From: Lophium mytilinum
Taxonomy: Eukaryota
DNA length: 64,000 nucleotides
Assembly: GCA_010093605.1 (NCBI GenBank)
Contig: MU004182.1
Span: forward strand, 901,032 to 965,031
Reading direction: 5' to 3'
Below the pieces are notes generated by a model. The model was not told the DNA's origin, ran no database searches, and worked only from the letters and a program-made list of their open reading frames with translations. Position 1 is the first letter of the stretch. Each line of letters begins with the position of its first letter. The translations under genes and the position numbers were made by a program. Below, in pieces: positions 47,670 through 60,785 of this stretch.

Positions 47670-48452
47670 ATGTCGAGTCCAAACCGAACCCTCCTCCCCT
47701 CTCCCTTCCCAGACGAAGCCACCTCAAACCCTCGCTCCCCCTCTCCTCACCAAACCCAAGACGCCGTCCCAGAACCCTCCCCCAACGAACCCTACCCCGA
47801 GGCAGAGGCAGACGCGTCCTACGTCGAACCCACCTCAACAACCCTCCTCCCGCCGCCCTCCTTCTCCCCCTTCTTCACCCTCATCGAAGACGCCGCCACC
47901 GGTGAACACTACCACCCCTCGCTGCACTACCTCTTCGCCGACGATGACCCCATCCTGCTAACCGCGGCCTCGATGCGCGCACTCGGCGTCGACGAGGCTG
48001 CGCTGCTGTCCGATCCCCAACAACCTGACAGCCCTGACGACCCGGACGATATCAGGGAATCGCCGCTGCCGCCACCGCTGCCGGGCGTCACGGAGCGCTA
48101 CCTCGTCGTCGACGTGGGCGCGGACGGGCAGGCGATCACGGATGCGCAGAGCTTGAGCACAGAGTGGCAGGTGACGGAGACGGCGGTGCGGGCGGCGCCG
48201 AGTTGGGATGAGGAGGCGGGTGGGGAGGGGTTGATGCTCGTGGTGGGTGGGGTGGAGGTGAAGCAGGTGGGGAAGCGGGTTGGGGCGCCGGGGGAGGCGA
48301 GGCTGGCGGAGGCGAGGGGGGCTGTTGGGGGGAATGTGCTCGCGGGGTTAGAGAAGATTGTGGGGCAGTTTGATGGGGAGTTGGAGGTGTTGAGGAGGGT
48401 AGTTGGAGAGAAGGAGGTAGAGAGGGAGGGGTTGGAGAGGAGGGAGAGTTGA
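47670..48452 (+). CDS. Conserved fungal protein; probable remote Atg31 homolog
   Basis: Intronless ORF. The blocks HPSLHYLFADDD, ERYLVVDV..ITDAQSLSTEWQV and a C-terminal amphipathic helix resemble, in order, yeast Atg31 as I recall it. The ORF is solid; the Atg31 assignment is tentative. Confidence 0.6.
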   Translation: MSSPNRTLLPSPFPDEATSNPRSPSPHQTQDAVPEPSPNEPYPEAEADASYVEPTSTTLLPPPSFSPFFTLIEDAATGEHYHPSLHYLFADDDPILLTAASMRALGVDEAALLSDPQQPDSPDDPDDIRESPLPPPLPGVTERYLVVDVGADGQAITDAQSLSTEWQVTETAVRAAPSWDEEAGGEGLMLVVGGVEVKQVGKRVGAPGEARLAEARGAVGGNVLAGLEKIVGQFDGELEVLRRVVGEKEVEREGLERRES

Positions 48453-48678
48453 GAGATGCGACGATACGGAGTTTTAGGAAAAGGAGGATGGGCATATGCA
48501 TTGGATGGGGGAGGCTGGCGTTTGATATGGGGTTATGGATTTCGTTCGTTCTTTCATATCTCGCGTTATGGACTACACCGGACTCATCTCACGATGCATC
48601 ATCTAGTCGCTCAAACATCTCCCTCTTACAAGAAAGTGCGCCTCTCTAAACAACTTTCATCAGTCAAAATCACAACCC

Positions 48679-49392
48679 TCACCACCCGATATCCACACCC
48701 CACCGATCCACAAACCTCCCACTCTCCATCTCCTCTTTCTCAAGCAACTTCATCATATCCCCCACGCTCTCCTCCGCACTAATCGCCCCCTCCTCCTTCC
48801 AATCCACCAACCCACTCTCCACCCGCCCCGGATGCACCAGCAAAAACCATACATCCGGCACATCAACACTAAAACTCTTCACGACCGCATTTAGCGCCGC
48901 TTTCGACGCTCTATACGCATACCCACCACCCGTCGTATTATACGACAAAGAGCCCATCCGCGAGCCCATCACAACAACCCGCGGCGATGCAGCAAGACGC
49001 AAACTAGGAAGTAGAGCCCGAATTACTAGGAACGTGCCGAGGGTATTGGTCTCAAACGTCCGTATCATAGTCGCAGCATCCATGGCATCTATCGACTCAG
49101 TAGCTGGTACGTCGCCAGGGTGTGCAGCGACGGCAGAGGGGACGAGGCCGCGGATGCCGACGCTGTGGATGAGGAGGTCGATTGGCGTGTTCTTTAATCT
49201 GGATGAAAGGTCTTGCAGGGAGGCTTCGGAAGAGACGTCGAGGGTGTGTGGTGAGTACTGCGCCTCTTCTTGTGGGGGGATTTCGTGGTGGTCTACTGCT
49301 ATTATGCGGGGAGGAGCTGGGAGGGAGAGGTAGTGTTTTAGGAATGCGAGACCGATGCCCGAGGCGGCGCCTGTGATGAGGATTGTGGGCAT
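48679..49392 (-). CDS. Short-chain dehydrogenase, CsgA/C-factor-like
   Basis: ILITGAASGIG, SRMGS, YAYRASKAALN and VHPGRV. Confidence 0.9.
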   Translation of the reverse strand: MPTILITGAASGIGLAFLKHYLSLPAPPRIIAVDHHEIPPQEEAQYSPHTLDVSSEASLQDLSSRLKNTPIDLLIHSVGIRGLVPSAVAAHPGDVPATESIDAMDAATMIRTFETNTLGTFLVIRALLPSLRLAASPRVVVMGSRMGSLSYNTTGGGYAYRASKAALNAVVKSFSVDVPDVWFLLVHPGRVESGLVDWKEEGAISAEESVGDMMKLLEKEEMESGRFVDRWGVDIGW

Positions 49393-50690
49393 TGTGGGTA
49401 ATGAGGCCACCCAGGGCCGGTGCTTTGGTTACAAAAGGGAGAAGAAGTGACGTTGAGAGTGTTGTTGATGTTTATTCTGGACGCGATGAGACGACGTGGG
49501 GTAATGAGAAGCGGGCCGATAGAAGCATTCTAGCGTATCAAATGCAGGTGGCAGGGGAGGCATATGGTGGCATGAACTGCGGGGCATCAGACCCCGATCT
49601 GAGGCCGATTTAGCCTCCACTCTATCTAGGTAGGCACGGTAGGTTTGCCTTGAAACGAAACAGGTGAGAACCCTAGCTAAATGGTGGGAATACTAGCCCA
49701 CTAGGCCTAGAGAAGTGCTTTCTGTGGGCCAGTAAGGGCCCGCAATTCAATGGTGATGTTAATATACGCAGGCGCTTCCCGTTGCCAACGAGCGCGGTAC
49801 CTGTACGGCAGTGATACGGCATCTTACAAGACACCGTTCAAGAACCACCTTCCATGACTAGTTCTACCTTTTCTTCCACGTAGCGTGCTCCAATATCTCA
49901 ATATAAAGACTCTCTCTCTTCTCAATCAAACAAATGCCCAGGGACGTCGACCCGATATATCTCTATCTTCTCTGGGCCCACGGAACCGACTGGAACGAAG
50001 AACATTGGGAGGGATTGCGGGGAAAAAGGACTGGCATGGATCTGATTGTCGAAAGATTACAAGGTGCGAAGGGATGAGCCGATACGCGAGTACCTTTTCT
50101 GCAAAACCCGCACATGTCTCTGGTCCCCTTGCGCGATTCTTCCTGGTTAGATCACGCATATGCCGACAAATCGAGTATCATCAACCAGCCACGATCACAG
50201 TGCGCGATGCGATTAAACATCCAGGAACTCGAGTACTTAATTTACATATTTAGTCCGTACCAACTAGTCCATTAGGGGACGATATGCAGCGTTGAAAGAG
50301 AAAAGGTTACTTTTAGAACTGGTTGCACAGCCCCGACAACCAACACGAATCACCAACACCGAGACCAACCCCCGAAGACCAACACCACACACCCAAAACG
50401 TACCCAGGCAGGGTAATATTTCTCGTAGAGGCCTAGGCCAACTGAGATAAATTGAGACCTCATGGTCTGATGCGTTCGTCACGTGATATCATCTTACTGA
50501 GTAGCAAGGGAGCCCAAGTCATAAATTCCATCACGTAGGATTGGAATGTACCCCTTTTGAGACAACGCGTTCGGTAGCGTTCCAGATAAGAAGATGTATT
50601 CGTTGCTTACTTGAGGGCCTGAGTGCCGCTCATGAACATTTTCTCGAGTTTTCAACTCTATTCATTCATTTATTTTGGCAAACCGGTCCG

Positions 50691-52433
50691 ATGGAAGATT
50701 CGTTACTGCCGACGTTAGCCTCGCCACGCAATATGGCCTCTAGCTTCCGAAGTCGCGGACGATATGGAAATAGCTGTCTGCGGCCGCTCCTCTTCGCGGT
50801 CGTGTGCGTAGTGATGGTGTACATGGCATCGACAATGCTAGAAAGCCCGAGCGTGAGGAGGATAGAAGAAGAAGGCTTGCCAGACCCAAGCCGGGGACGA
50901 TTCGAAGACAGGCCGAAGACTCATACGACGAGCGGGAAACCGACGAATGCAACGGGGGCGCCGAGACCGCAGGAGAAGACGTGGAAGGAGAAGATCTCGG
51001 AAATAAACCCGTGGGCGAAACACGGTGATGTTGAACCGAATACGAACACAACGGCCCTGGAATCTGAATTGCTCATCTATCCCGACGAGTCCTCTCTAGG
51101 TGCTAGGGTGCGGATTGGGAAAGTGATGATGCAGTTTGGTCACCCTTCGCCGGTATACGATCGCGCGCTGCGGTCGCACGAGCGGCACAACAAGATACAC
51201 AATTACCCGCTGCACATCCTGCGTTATCCAATGCTTGATGGCATATGGGCGAAGGCGGCGTACATCCAATATGTGCTTCTTCGTGAGATGAGCAAGCCGG
51301 AGCCGGACCGACTGCAGTGGTTGTTCTGGGTGGATTCGGATACCATAATCATGAACCCGCTGATGCCGATCGAAGCGCTACTACCGCCGGACGACCCGGA
51401 GTGGGATGATGTGAATCTACTCGTAGCTCATGACTGGAACGGATTGAACGCTGGGGTGTTTCCGGTACGCGTCTGCGACTGGAGCGTGGAGCTCTTCTCT
51501 GCGGTACTTGCGCTGCGTTTCTATAAACCGGACGTCGACCTGCCTTACGCGGAGCAGAGTGCCATAGATTATCTGATCCAGGACGAGAGACTCAGTCCAA
51601 ATGTAATCAAAACGCCGCAACGATGGTTCAACGCGTATCAGCCCAAGTTCGGGAGCGACAATGTGGAGTTCTGGCAAGCGAGAAAGGGAGACATGCTTGT
51701 GCATTTTCCTGGAAATGACAATCGGGACGAGCGGATGCGGCAGTGGCTTGACATGGCAGAGAGACATAAGTGGGACATTGAGCTTCAAAACACTCTGTAT
51801 CCCGAGGAGGCGGCCGACTTCTGGGAGGAAGAGAAGAAAAAGCGGGTTGAAGTGAGGAAGAGAGCAGAAGCTTCCAGGAAGGACATGTCGATATATCTGG
51901 AGGAGCTGAATGAGCGGGTATCGAAATTCGGCAGGAAGCTAACAGACGACGACTTCCATGCGTTGGAGGATCAAATTTCGAAGACCAAAGAGGTCATGAA
52001 TGACCAGAAGACGAAGAACAACGTCCACAGGCTGGAGGCCGAGTTCCAGAATCTTAAAAAGGTGCGTCCTGGCGTCCCGTGTGGTATATTCTGGTGTTAA
52101 GGATGTGATGAGCTAACGTAGTATAATGTTTGATAGGAAGCTACAACATTGCGTGAACTCATCGAATCGATTGAGACGCTGAAGCAAGAGGAACAGCGAC
52201 AGAAAGAGAAGGAGAGAGAAGAGCATAAGAAGAAAAAGGAAGAAGAGCAGGAAGAGCTCAGGAGAAAGATAGAAGCCGCAGCAAAGGAGAAAGAGCAGCA
52301 TACACCATCTCCCCCGCATGCCCCGGGGCCCCCAAAGCCGCCACATCTCCCAGGAAGTACAGCCACGGACGAGTCCGACGCAGATGGGACATATTCTACC
52401 AAGGAAATGCAAGACAAGAGAGACCTCGCGTGA
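50691..52433 (+). CDS. Glycosyltransferase family 34 (Mnn10/GMA12-like) with C-terminal coiled coil (2 exons)
   Basis: TM anchor, WAK.AY, WLFWVDSDTIIMNP, DWNGLNAGVF, EQSA, PQRWFNAY and GDMLVHFPG. Intron 52062-52136. The start may be 50691 or 50733. Confidence 0.9.
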
Positions 52434-54769
52434 GCGTATTGCAAGCGTGGGGAAATCGTCAAGATTGTAGTTGTAAAACATAGAAGAGAAGAGAGGAAAA
52501 CGGAAGAAGCTCCCGGTGATTCTGTTACTCATGGAAGTACAACCGAAATATCCAGAAGGGTTGTCATAGAGGTGGATAAGGTAGACGTCAGGACTAGGTA
52601 GAAAGAAGACACGACACGGAAGGCCTCAGCAAATGAAGTGGCATGGATAGGGAAACACTGCGGGGTGCGGAGGCTAGTCCCAGGAGGGTCTCTAGCGGAC
52701 GCGGCACAATGTCTAGCTACTGAAATATATAGACTATTGCAAGCATGATAGCGACGTGTTCAACATGGAGGTCGGCAAAGCTAATGTCGGGTTCGAAACC
52801 GTCTGTGATAGCAGCTGCCGGCATCTGCCATGTGCTTCCCAAGGCCACCTTTGAATTGATGATATGTGGGTGCTGCTGTGAGGCGGTTGTTACGCGGCGT
52901 TTGTTGAGGCCTAGGCCCAACATGTTGGTTTTCATGGCCTCGTACAGGTGGTGTTGGGGTACGCGGTGAATCCAAATAGTAAGAGGCGCAAAATATAGGA
53001 GAAGTGGATATGAAGATGAGCTCCTTGAAACCTGGGGCGTGAGGCTAGGTAATGAAGCTGGCGATGGAGTATACAAGTCCGATTAGCGAGAGACAGGCCG
53101 GGAACCGATCGGAGGGCGTTAGCGGGCTTGTAGCACAAGTGAAACCTCAATTGCCATGACGTGCAAAGGGAAGAGGGTAAGCAGTGTGGCCTTTCCCACC
53201 GTTGCTAGATTGGGGCTTTGTTTGGCGGGAGGAGGCGTCGTGGGGCGGCCGGAGAGATTCAAGCAGGCGTGGCAGGGTGGGCTCAACACCATGGCACGGC
53301 TCGAAGATGCAGCACATGAAGAAATGCGGAGCTTCACGCTTGTGCGGTAGTGGGCGAATGAGAGGCGCGGGTTGTGCGCGACGATGATGCAAGGCCAGTT
53401 GGCGTCCGTGGGAGAGCCGGACAATCGCTCGGTCTCCCCACCGGGAAGATCATCTCTAGGCGATTAACAGCCGCTCATTGGCTACACGTCGACGAAGTTG
53501 CAGACGGCGGGGCACTCGAAGACAGCGGGAGTCGACTCCGACTGCAGTGTGTGTGAAGTGATAAGAGGTGGCTGACTGAGAAACGCAGATACAGCTCTCC
53601 AGAATGTTGCGAGCCAGAGACGACGTGGTAATCGGAGAGTTGATCGCGACCTTCACGACACCACCATCAGAACTCGACGCGCTGGGAATACAGGGTTCAA
53701 GGGTAGCTCGAGCGGGAGATGCACGGCTTGACGGACAGGGTCCAGTTGGTGCATCATCACTCGCGGACTTGTGCAACGCAAGATCCGAGGGATGCTCATC
53801 GTGAAGGGTGCCAGGTTGAAGCTTGCTACTGTATGACGAAGCCTGCTAGATTGAAGATGCGAGATTGAACCTGCTGGATTGAACGTGCCAGATGGAAGCC
53901 TGCCGCGTGTAAACCACTTCACCCGACGCTGTGCTCCATGGAGGTTTCTTGATAGAGTTCGTTGGGGAGAAAGAGGCGCTGTGCTATGGTCGTCCTTTGG
54001 CAAAGAACGACGCACGGTTGAGTACTTCCGTAGCCTTCGTGGCGTGCTATCTTGATGGACTGAGGACTGACATGCATGGCTTGCAGGGGAGCCCGCTCCA
54101 GATGCCAAACTTGATGTCGCCGAGGATCGACATGCGCTTAACGAGCACGGCCAGCGAGCTAGCTGGCCTCTTCGGGACATTATGACGGGGGATGCGCCGC
54201 CCATTGGTCGCTGCCATCAGGATTCCTCCGATTGTGATTGTTGGCCGTCGTGCTGCTTGCATCTCACGCTGCTGCACTCTCACCACAAACAAGAGTCGCT
54301 CGACGCTTCCAGCTGCATCGTCGACGCAAGCCACGCAATGATGCCCTCACCTTTGCTCTCCGCCACGGCTGGCTGGTGCAGCTGCATCAGCCTTCACCAC
54401 AGCTGCTGGCGATGCCAATCCGCTTTCGAGCCCCATGCCGTGCCGCTTGACCGCGATCAGCCTCGCCTTGATGCCAATCCTGCTCGAATTCGGTCTCGAT
54501 CCCAACCCCAGCTACGCCACCCAGCTGCACGCCAACGCGTCCGGCACGCCCAACTCCCGCCGCATCCAAGAGCTTGCAAAGCCAGGCGCGCGGAGAGGCC
54601 CTGTATATCCATGATGCTGTGGCCAGCCGCCTGGGGGAACCGTACCAGGGGATTCCTGTCCATGTTCCAAATACCGCCCTCCCGAAGCTTTGGCAGACCA
54701 AGACAGTAGGCGCCCATCCCGCCCATCTCAAACACTGTCTCCACTGCTGTTGAGCGAGCATCCTAAATT

Positions 54770-57700
54770 ATGGTCGAGCGGCCGCCAGTCCCCAGCCGCT
54801 GCTCCTCCCTACGCTCACGCTCTGCATCCAGCAACAGCTTCCACAGCTCTCACGATTCCCAAGACAGCACAAGCAACGGCACCAATTCCAGCTCCCGGGA
54901 ACAGGCCAAGCCGAGCACGCAGGGCCAGATCCCAGCCGTGTCCCGCGTCAGTTTGGACGGCCCGTCGTTGGACCTGGCTGATATCCTAGCTGAGGCGAAG
55001 GCGACCCAGTCTCTTAAGCTCGACTCGGTCCCAAACTTCTCACGCGTGAGAACTTCTGCCAATTTCGACCTCCCAGAGGACGTGCCAGAGGACGCAATGG
55101 CACCAATGCGGGTCTCCCGGAGAGCTCCCACGGGCCCTGGTGCCATGAGGAATCCTACGCGCCAGGAAAAGGTCAAGCGATGGGACGGCGAAACTAAGAC
55201 CGTCGAAGAATGGGATGGGCTACGAAGGGTGAGAAGCTCTAGTTACATACGTCGGAACTTCGCTAATCATTCGCATCTTTCAGGACCACGAGTTGTGGTA
55301 CGAACACGGTGACTGCCATGTTCATCTCTATGCCAGAGGAGCTTCGCGACGCGGCCCTTCATTTCGTGTCCCCTTCAAAGCTTTACGGGATGCCAATTGC
55401 GGTGCCATGTTCAGTCTCTGCTTTGCACAAATGGCCCCGGAAACGCCAGGTAGCCCTTCCTCGCGCATCCCCACCAAAGGCTCTTGTGATCTCTACATAC
55501 CAGCGCCAGACGAATCCTCCAGAGAGGCGTCCTTCCAGTGGCATCTTACAACGCGCAACTTCTTCGCCTTTGTTCTTAGCAAACCGCTTGTTGGAACCCA
55601 TCTCGGCAAGACTCTGGTCGATTTGCAGGAGAGAATGCACCTTTTCCGGTCTGGACAGATCAACAACCACGAGGACTTCTTGGTCTACATTGACGACATG
55701 GGATATCGCAACTTTGTCGACACCCCCGATTACGCTCTCTCAATGCTGTATTATGCCGAGCACTATCAGCTCCGTGACCTTTGGGTGGACGCTTTCGCCC
55801 ACTGTGTCGGAATGAACGACCGACTGTGTCTGAGTCCCGAGTTTGAAGTCAGTACTATTTGATCACACGTAGCTTTTGTATAGCTGACATCATTCTAGCA
55901 CATACGTCGTGTGACGAAGGCGCTCATAACAAGAGCCTACCTTGAAATGGACCTTCATTTGGGACGAGTGGCTGCGGCTCTGAGCCATTTCCTCGAGGAT
56001 GACTTGTCAGCTTCTAATCTTGGCCTCAGTCAGGGAGCGCGAGCTCATCTGGACCGCTTTCGATCTTTCCTCCAGAGCTTCTACGTCGAAAAGTTTGGAT
56101 ATTGGCCGCCTCCTGAAGGCGCTTCATACTCAAAGTCCCTCTATAGATCCATGTACTTCGACTTCCGGAGTCTATATGACTACTTGGTGGACGTAGAGTC
56201 AGCCGACACCATTCAGACCCAGAAGCCGGCAAGCGGGGGAATATGTGTCCTGCAGAATGTCCACGCATTTGACAGGCGACACAAATTTACTCCACTACCT
56301 CATCCACTGCCAAGACTGCCATTTGTCTCTAGCCAGGCTAATCGGACGCAATCTCAACGAGCATTAGTAGCTTTCAAGCTCGGCTCCAAGAATGCCAAGA
56401 CGGATGTTTACCTCACCACGCGAGCGGCGCTGACTGCAGCTACAAACACGACTGATATCTCGGTTACTACATCTCCCCTTGTTGTGTCATATATGCGCTT
56501 CGAGCGTGAGTGCGCGGTGAAGCAGCGGGAAGAGAAGGTGTCGATAGCAGATGCGAGGAAAGTCCGGTGGCTATTGATATACGGCGCCCTCCAGATTCTC
56601 ATTTCAGCAATTCGAGCGCCAAAAGAAGTGCGCGATACCGAGGAGGCAAATTACCCATTATGCTGCCTCGTTGCCGGAACCCCACCCTGGAAAATTGGAG
56701 CCAACGCATTGAGGACACCCGTAGTGCCATCGGCCAATGCGACTGAAGCTTTTACCACTTATCTCTCGGAAGTGGTAAAGGCGGATGAAGATTCCTACTT
56801 GACCGACGATATGACTCCTCTAACTAACATTCAACCGGACTGTGAGATGGGAGATTATTTTACTCACACCAATAACGACGTTGGTTCAACTTCTTCTCTA
56901 CAGCATCAGCTTCCTGTGGAAGTTCCGGCGCCTCTTCGCGTAGCCCCCCCACTCCTTCGCAATACATCAATCAAATCCATGAAGCAGTTTGCAGTATCTC
57001 GCTTCTCTCGCCGCAACAGCGTGTTAGTCAAGGCACCTACTCAGCCGTTTTGTGAGATTATCGTGCACGGTTATGGGAACGGATTGAATCAAACGATCAT
57101 CGACCCTCCGTCTTCAACCGCGTCTCCCCGATCAGAGTCCCCTCAGCAACTAGCCAGCGTTGTTCCTACCATATCTATGGACCCCTCCCCAACCCTCGAG
57201 GCGTCAGGAAGGTCCGTTTCGAGTAGGCAGAGTCGCCGTGCCACGAGACCTATGCACCTCGAACTCAATTGCGATTCGCTCCCTGATATGGAGCGTACTC
57301 CTACCTTGGATACTTTCCAGATTGACGGCGTCCAGGAACTCAATGCATCAGGCTCAGCGAGCACCAGTTCGGATACCAGTTCGCCCATGACTCCAGTCTT
57401 TAGCCGGGCCAGCTCAACATCATCAGCATCTAGTTACGGGCCATCAAATCAAGAAGTCGACAGCAAGGCTGTGAGCGAATGCAGCAACGTTCTTGGTGGG
57501 CTGGTCTCGATGGATAGCCCAACCTCGAAATACAGCTCGGTCCCCAACTCCCCTGTATCTCCCACAGCACGTGGACGAAAGCTTCGTTTCAGTTTCGGCA
57601 GCGCGTCTAGCGATGCCGCACCAATATATCTCCAGCAAGTCAATAGAGCACCATCGCTCGCCGGTTTCGACTTTGGACTCGATGGTACTTCCGAGACTAC

Positions 57701-58004
57701 CCCTTCGCTTAAACACTCCCCTTCTATCGACTCCTACAAGATTCCCACCGAAGCAATGCCACAGCTTCTCCGCCACAGCATCTCTCTCGAATCGTTCGAC
57801 ACCATGCGCAAAGCCGCGCCGGCTGTAGACATCTACGCCGCGCTGCAGATGCTCCCGCGTAGTGCTACGTCTCAAGAGGAACGGATTGAGGAATATGCGG
57901 AAGAGTCCGCACCTTCGCCGTCCGTTTCCACACCTCCCCAGTTCGCGAACAAAGTTCAAAAACCTAAGCTCAAGAAGAGATTGAGCCTCAGGATGTGGGG
58001 CTAG
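54770..58004 (+). CDS. Conserved fungal protein of unknown function (tentatively DUF8004-like; 3 exons)
   Basis: RWDG..WDGLRR/DHELW..GDC.VHL..GPSFRV, TRNFFA, DAFAHCVGM, FL.SFY..KFGYWPP and DARKVRWLLIY. Introns 55229-55283 and about 55848-55898. Confidence 0.8.
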
Positions 58005-59891
58005 ACCTTGTACAGCGTCATATTTGCTTATTTTTTGTGAGCGTTCTTGCCATTAGCGATACTTAAATTGTCTCGTTCAAGCGTTTTCGTCTTGCTGCTC
58101 GCCTCGATCTCCGCTATCTCTTACCACAACATTTGATACCCACACACTCGCTCGAGTTTCTTTAGTTATCTTTGCGCTTTTGGTGCTTGGGCTAGATTGG
58201 CGCTATTTCGAACCATTGTTGACATGGATCGAAGTTACTTGTAATGTCTCATTTAATCGAAGCGTCGTTGGGATGGAGTAAGGGAAGGAAGCGTTGCGAA
58301 CGGGAATGAGGCCATCGAATATAGAAACGGGTGAGGCTTGACTCAACCGAAACCTATATCACACATATATTATACCCTATATCTTCAACCCCGCTAGCTT
58401 GCAGCCCTACCAGTGTAGCCTAATCGAGCGATGTTTGGAGCGCGTCGTCTTGGTGGGGCCTCTAACCAGCTTTAGCCTACGCACTAACGATAGCACTCAT
58501 GGACCAATGAAGACGTAGAACATGGCACCAGCTTCGACTGATATCAACATTAGGAAGAATTGTCTTCGGAACGGCTCCGATGCGGTATCATCGACATGCC
58601 CACTCACCTTTTCAAATCGTCAACACATGACTCGGAGACGGTAGACGATTACGTATGTACTTCTGAGAAAACATGGATCAGGACCTGCTGTTCCCAACCT
58701 AGCATGCTATTTACGCTCCACGCGTATTTCGTCCTAAGGCGGATTATAGCTATCTTCTGCCAAATGCAGCCTCTCCTCCAAGATCTCACCGAGTACCTCG
58801 TTAAACAACGCGAGGGCTGCCCCCGATCTTCCACGGAGCAGACGATGACTCCGACATACCTTCAACTTTTGTACCATTCAACCATACTCTCCAATACGTA
58901 GGCGCCAGAAAGCATTGGAAGATGAAACATGGTTAACCACGGAACCAGAGTGAGGCGACTTAGGCGAGGCGTGGGGCGCTCGGACCTGTTCATCTTAATT
59001 CAGACGGCTCACAAAAAGGTTAGCGTTAGCCGCCCAACCCTTTTCTTCTTGACACTTGCGCTTTCCCTCCCTTCAAAAGCTACTTTGCAAACGTTCTTGC
59101 AGAGCATGGAATTCCTTTCCGTTTTTTCAAAAGATGAGTTGGTGGTGATACAGAGCGACGAGAGCGGCTATTCACTCCACACGGGCTACGCGTTGTCCTG
59201 TGTTGTGTCAGGGGCACCTGTTTTGGACCCCAAACATGGCCATCCGAAGCCCAATCAGGCCAAGCTGTTTTTCAACGACATTTGGTGGAGATGCTCGACA
59301 ACAACAAGTACTGCTTGACAGGCTTTGCTACGAATCTTTCAATGCCTCAATACAGCTGCTCTCACGTGGAAGCACAAGGTCATCACATTGAATATGCTCA
59401 AGAAGGATAAGATCAGCATATTACTCTATCGATTATCGATACCCTTTCCAGATCTTCTGTTGACTTCAACTCAACAAAGGTAGTACTGAGGTAAGGATAA
59501 AAGAGTGATCATCACCACTCACGCAACCTAAATTGCTCCGGTCATAATGTATTCATCAATTGCTTTTTCCAGTATACTCAACAGGCCATGGTGCCAGCTT
59601 TTTGTGCACATCCGTCCTGTATGAACTCCTCTCCTCTCAAACTACTATGCCCCTTACTTGATAGTGCGACAATCGTCGGCGGTCGTCAGCAAATACCAAG
59701 AACAGAACAGCTAGACAGCAGAAAGCTGTCACCCCTTCTCATTGCACACGAATACTCCAAGAAGACCCATCTTCCACGGCACCAGCTCAACAAACCCCAA
59801 TTCCCGGTCGTTTATCGTCATTGTCCCCGGCCGTTTGAAAGCCGCGCTCAACCCACGAAGTCAGGATCCCGCCAACGCCGTAAAACTCAGG

Positions 59892-60785
59892 TTATGACGC
59901 ATCGACCTTATCCACAATACTCTCGATAGCCATACTCCTCGTCGACGGCGTCGTCGGCGTGGGCGGCGCCCTGGCCTCAACCTTTTTCGCCGGCGGCACA
60001 GGCAGCTGCGGCCTCTCCACGGCAACAGGCGTCGGCGGCTCAGGCTCCGCATCCGCCATCTCCTCATCCTCCCCACCCACGACCTCATCCACCTCCTTCA
60101 GCCAACTCGTCTTCAGCACCTCCATCGGCGGATCCAGATCCCCGGGTTTCCCCCCGCGCCGCGCCTCGGCCGCCGACATCTTGCGCTCGCCGCGCTTGTG
60201 CGGGTGGAAGTGCATGCGGCGCAGGTGGCTGGCGGCGTTGTAGCACTCGTTGTACTTCTTGCCCGACTGGCAGGCCTTGCAGTTCGCGAGGAAAGTCTGG
60301 TCTGGCGACGTGTCGATGGTCATCCAGACCTTGCGCGCCTTGCGGTGCACGCGGTTCGTGTGCCGCCGCAGCTCGTGCTCGCTGCGGAAGCCGTCCGGGT
60401 AGTCGTTGCAGGTGGGGCATTTCAGGCGCAGGACCTTCCTTGGGGGGGTCTTGGGCGGCGCGAAGGCGTTGTTGGTGTTGTTGTTGGGCGATGTCGGGCT
60501 GGCGGTGGTGCTGTTGCCGGGCTCGGGTTTTGGCGGTGCGGGTGCGGCGACGGCGGCGGTGGCGGGGGCTGTAGCTGCTGGAGTGAGGATGGGGACGGGG
60601 TCCTGGGGAGGAGCAGCTGTCGCGGGCGATGGTGGTGGTGGAACCGGAGCTTGAATTGGTGGTGGTGGAGCTGGAGGCTGCTGGGAGAGGACGGGGGCCG
60701 TCGAGGCGGCCGCCGCGGAGGCCTTTGCCAATTCGGCCTGCTTCGCCTCTTGCTTCGCCTTTGCCCTCGACTTCGCGGCAGCCAT
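59892..60785 (-). CDS. Atypical zinc-finger protein resembling the KLAP1 (key lime pathogenicity protein) C-terminal domain
   Basis: CPTC..PDGFRSEHELRRH..RVH, LANCKAC..KKY..YNAASHLRR.HF.P and RGGK...PPM..LK..W.KE. The true start is uncertain. Confidence 0.7.
   Translation of the reverse strand: MAAAKSRAKAKQEAKQAELAKASAAAASTAPVLSQQPPAPPPPIQAPVPPPPSPATAAPPQDPVPILTPAATAPATAAVAAPAPPKPEPGNSTTASPTSPNNNTNNAFAPPKTPPRKVLRLKCPTCNDYPDGFRSEHELRRHTNRVHRKARKVWMTIDTSPDQTFLANCKACQSGKKYNECYNAASHLRRMHFHPHKRGERKMSAAEARRGGKPGDLDPPMEVLKTSWLKEVDEVVGGEDEEMADAEPEPPTPVAVERPQLPVPPAKKVEARAPPTPTTPSTRSMAIESIVDKVDAS

Noticed and set aside
47630..49000. Strong C-rich to G-rich strand skew switches
   Set aside because: Explained by codon and strand bias towards the 3' ends of two convergent genes; no repeat unit or long hairpin found.
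52700..54760. Many overlapping 60-180 aa ORFs on both strands
   Set aside because: Low-information translations with no motifs; likely a long promoter or 5' UTR of the 54770 gene.
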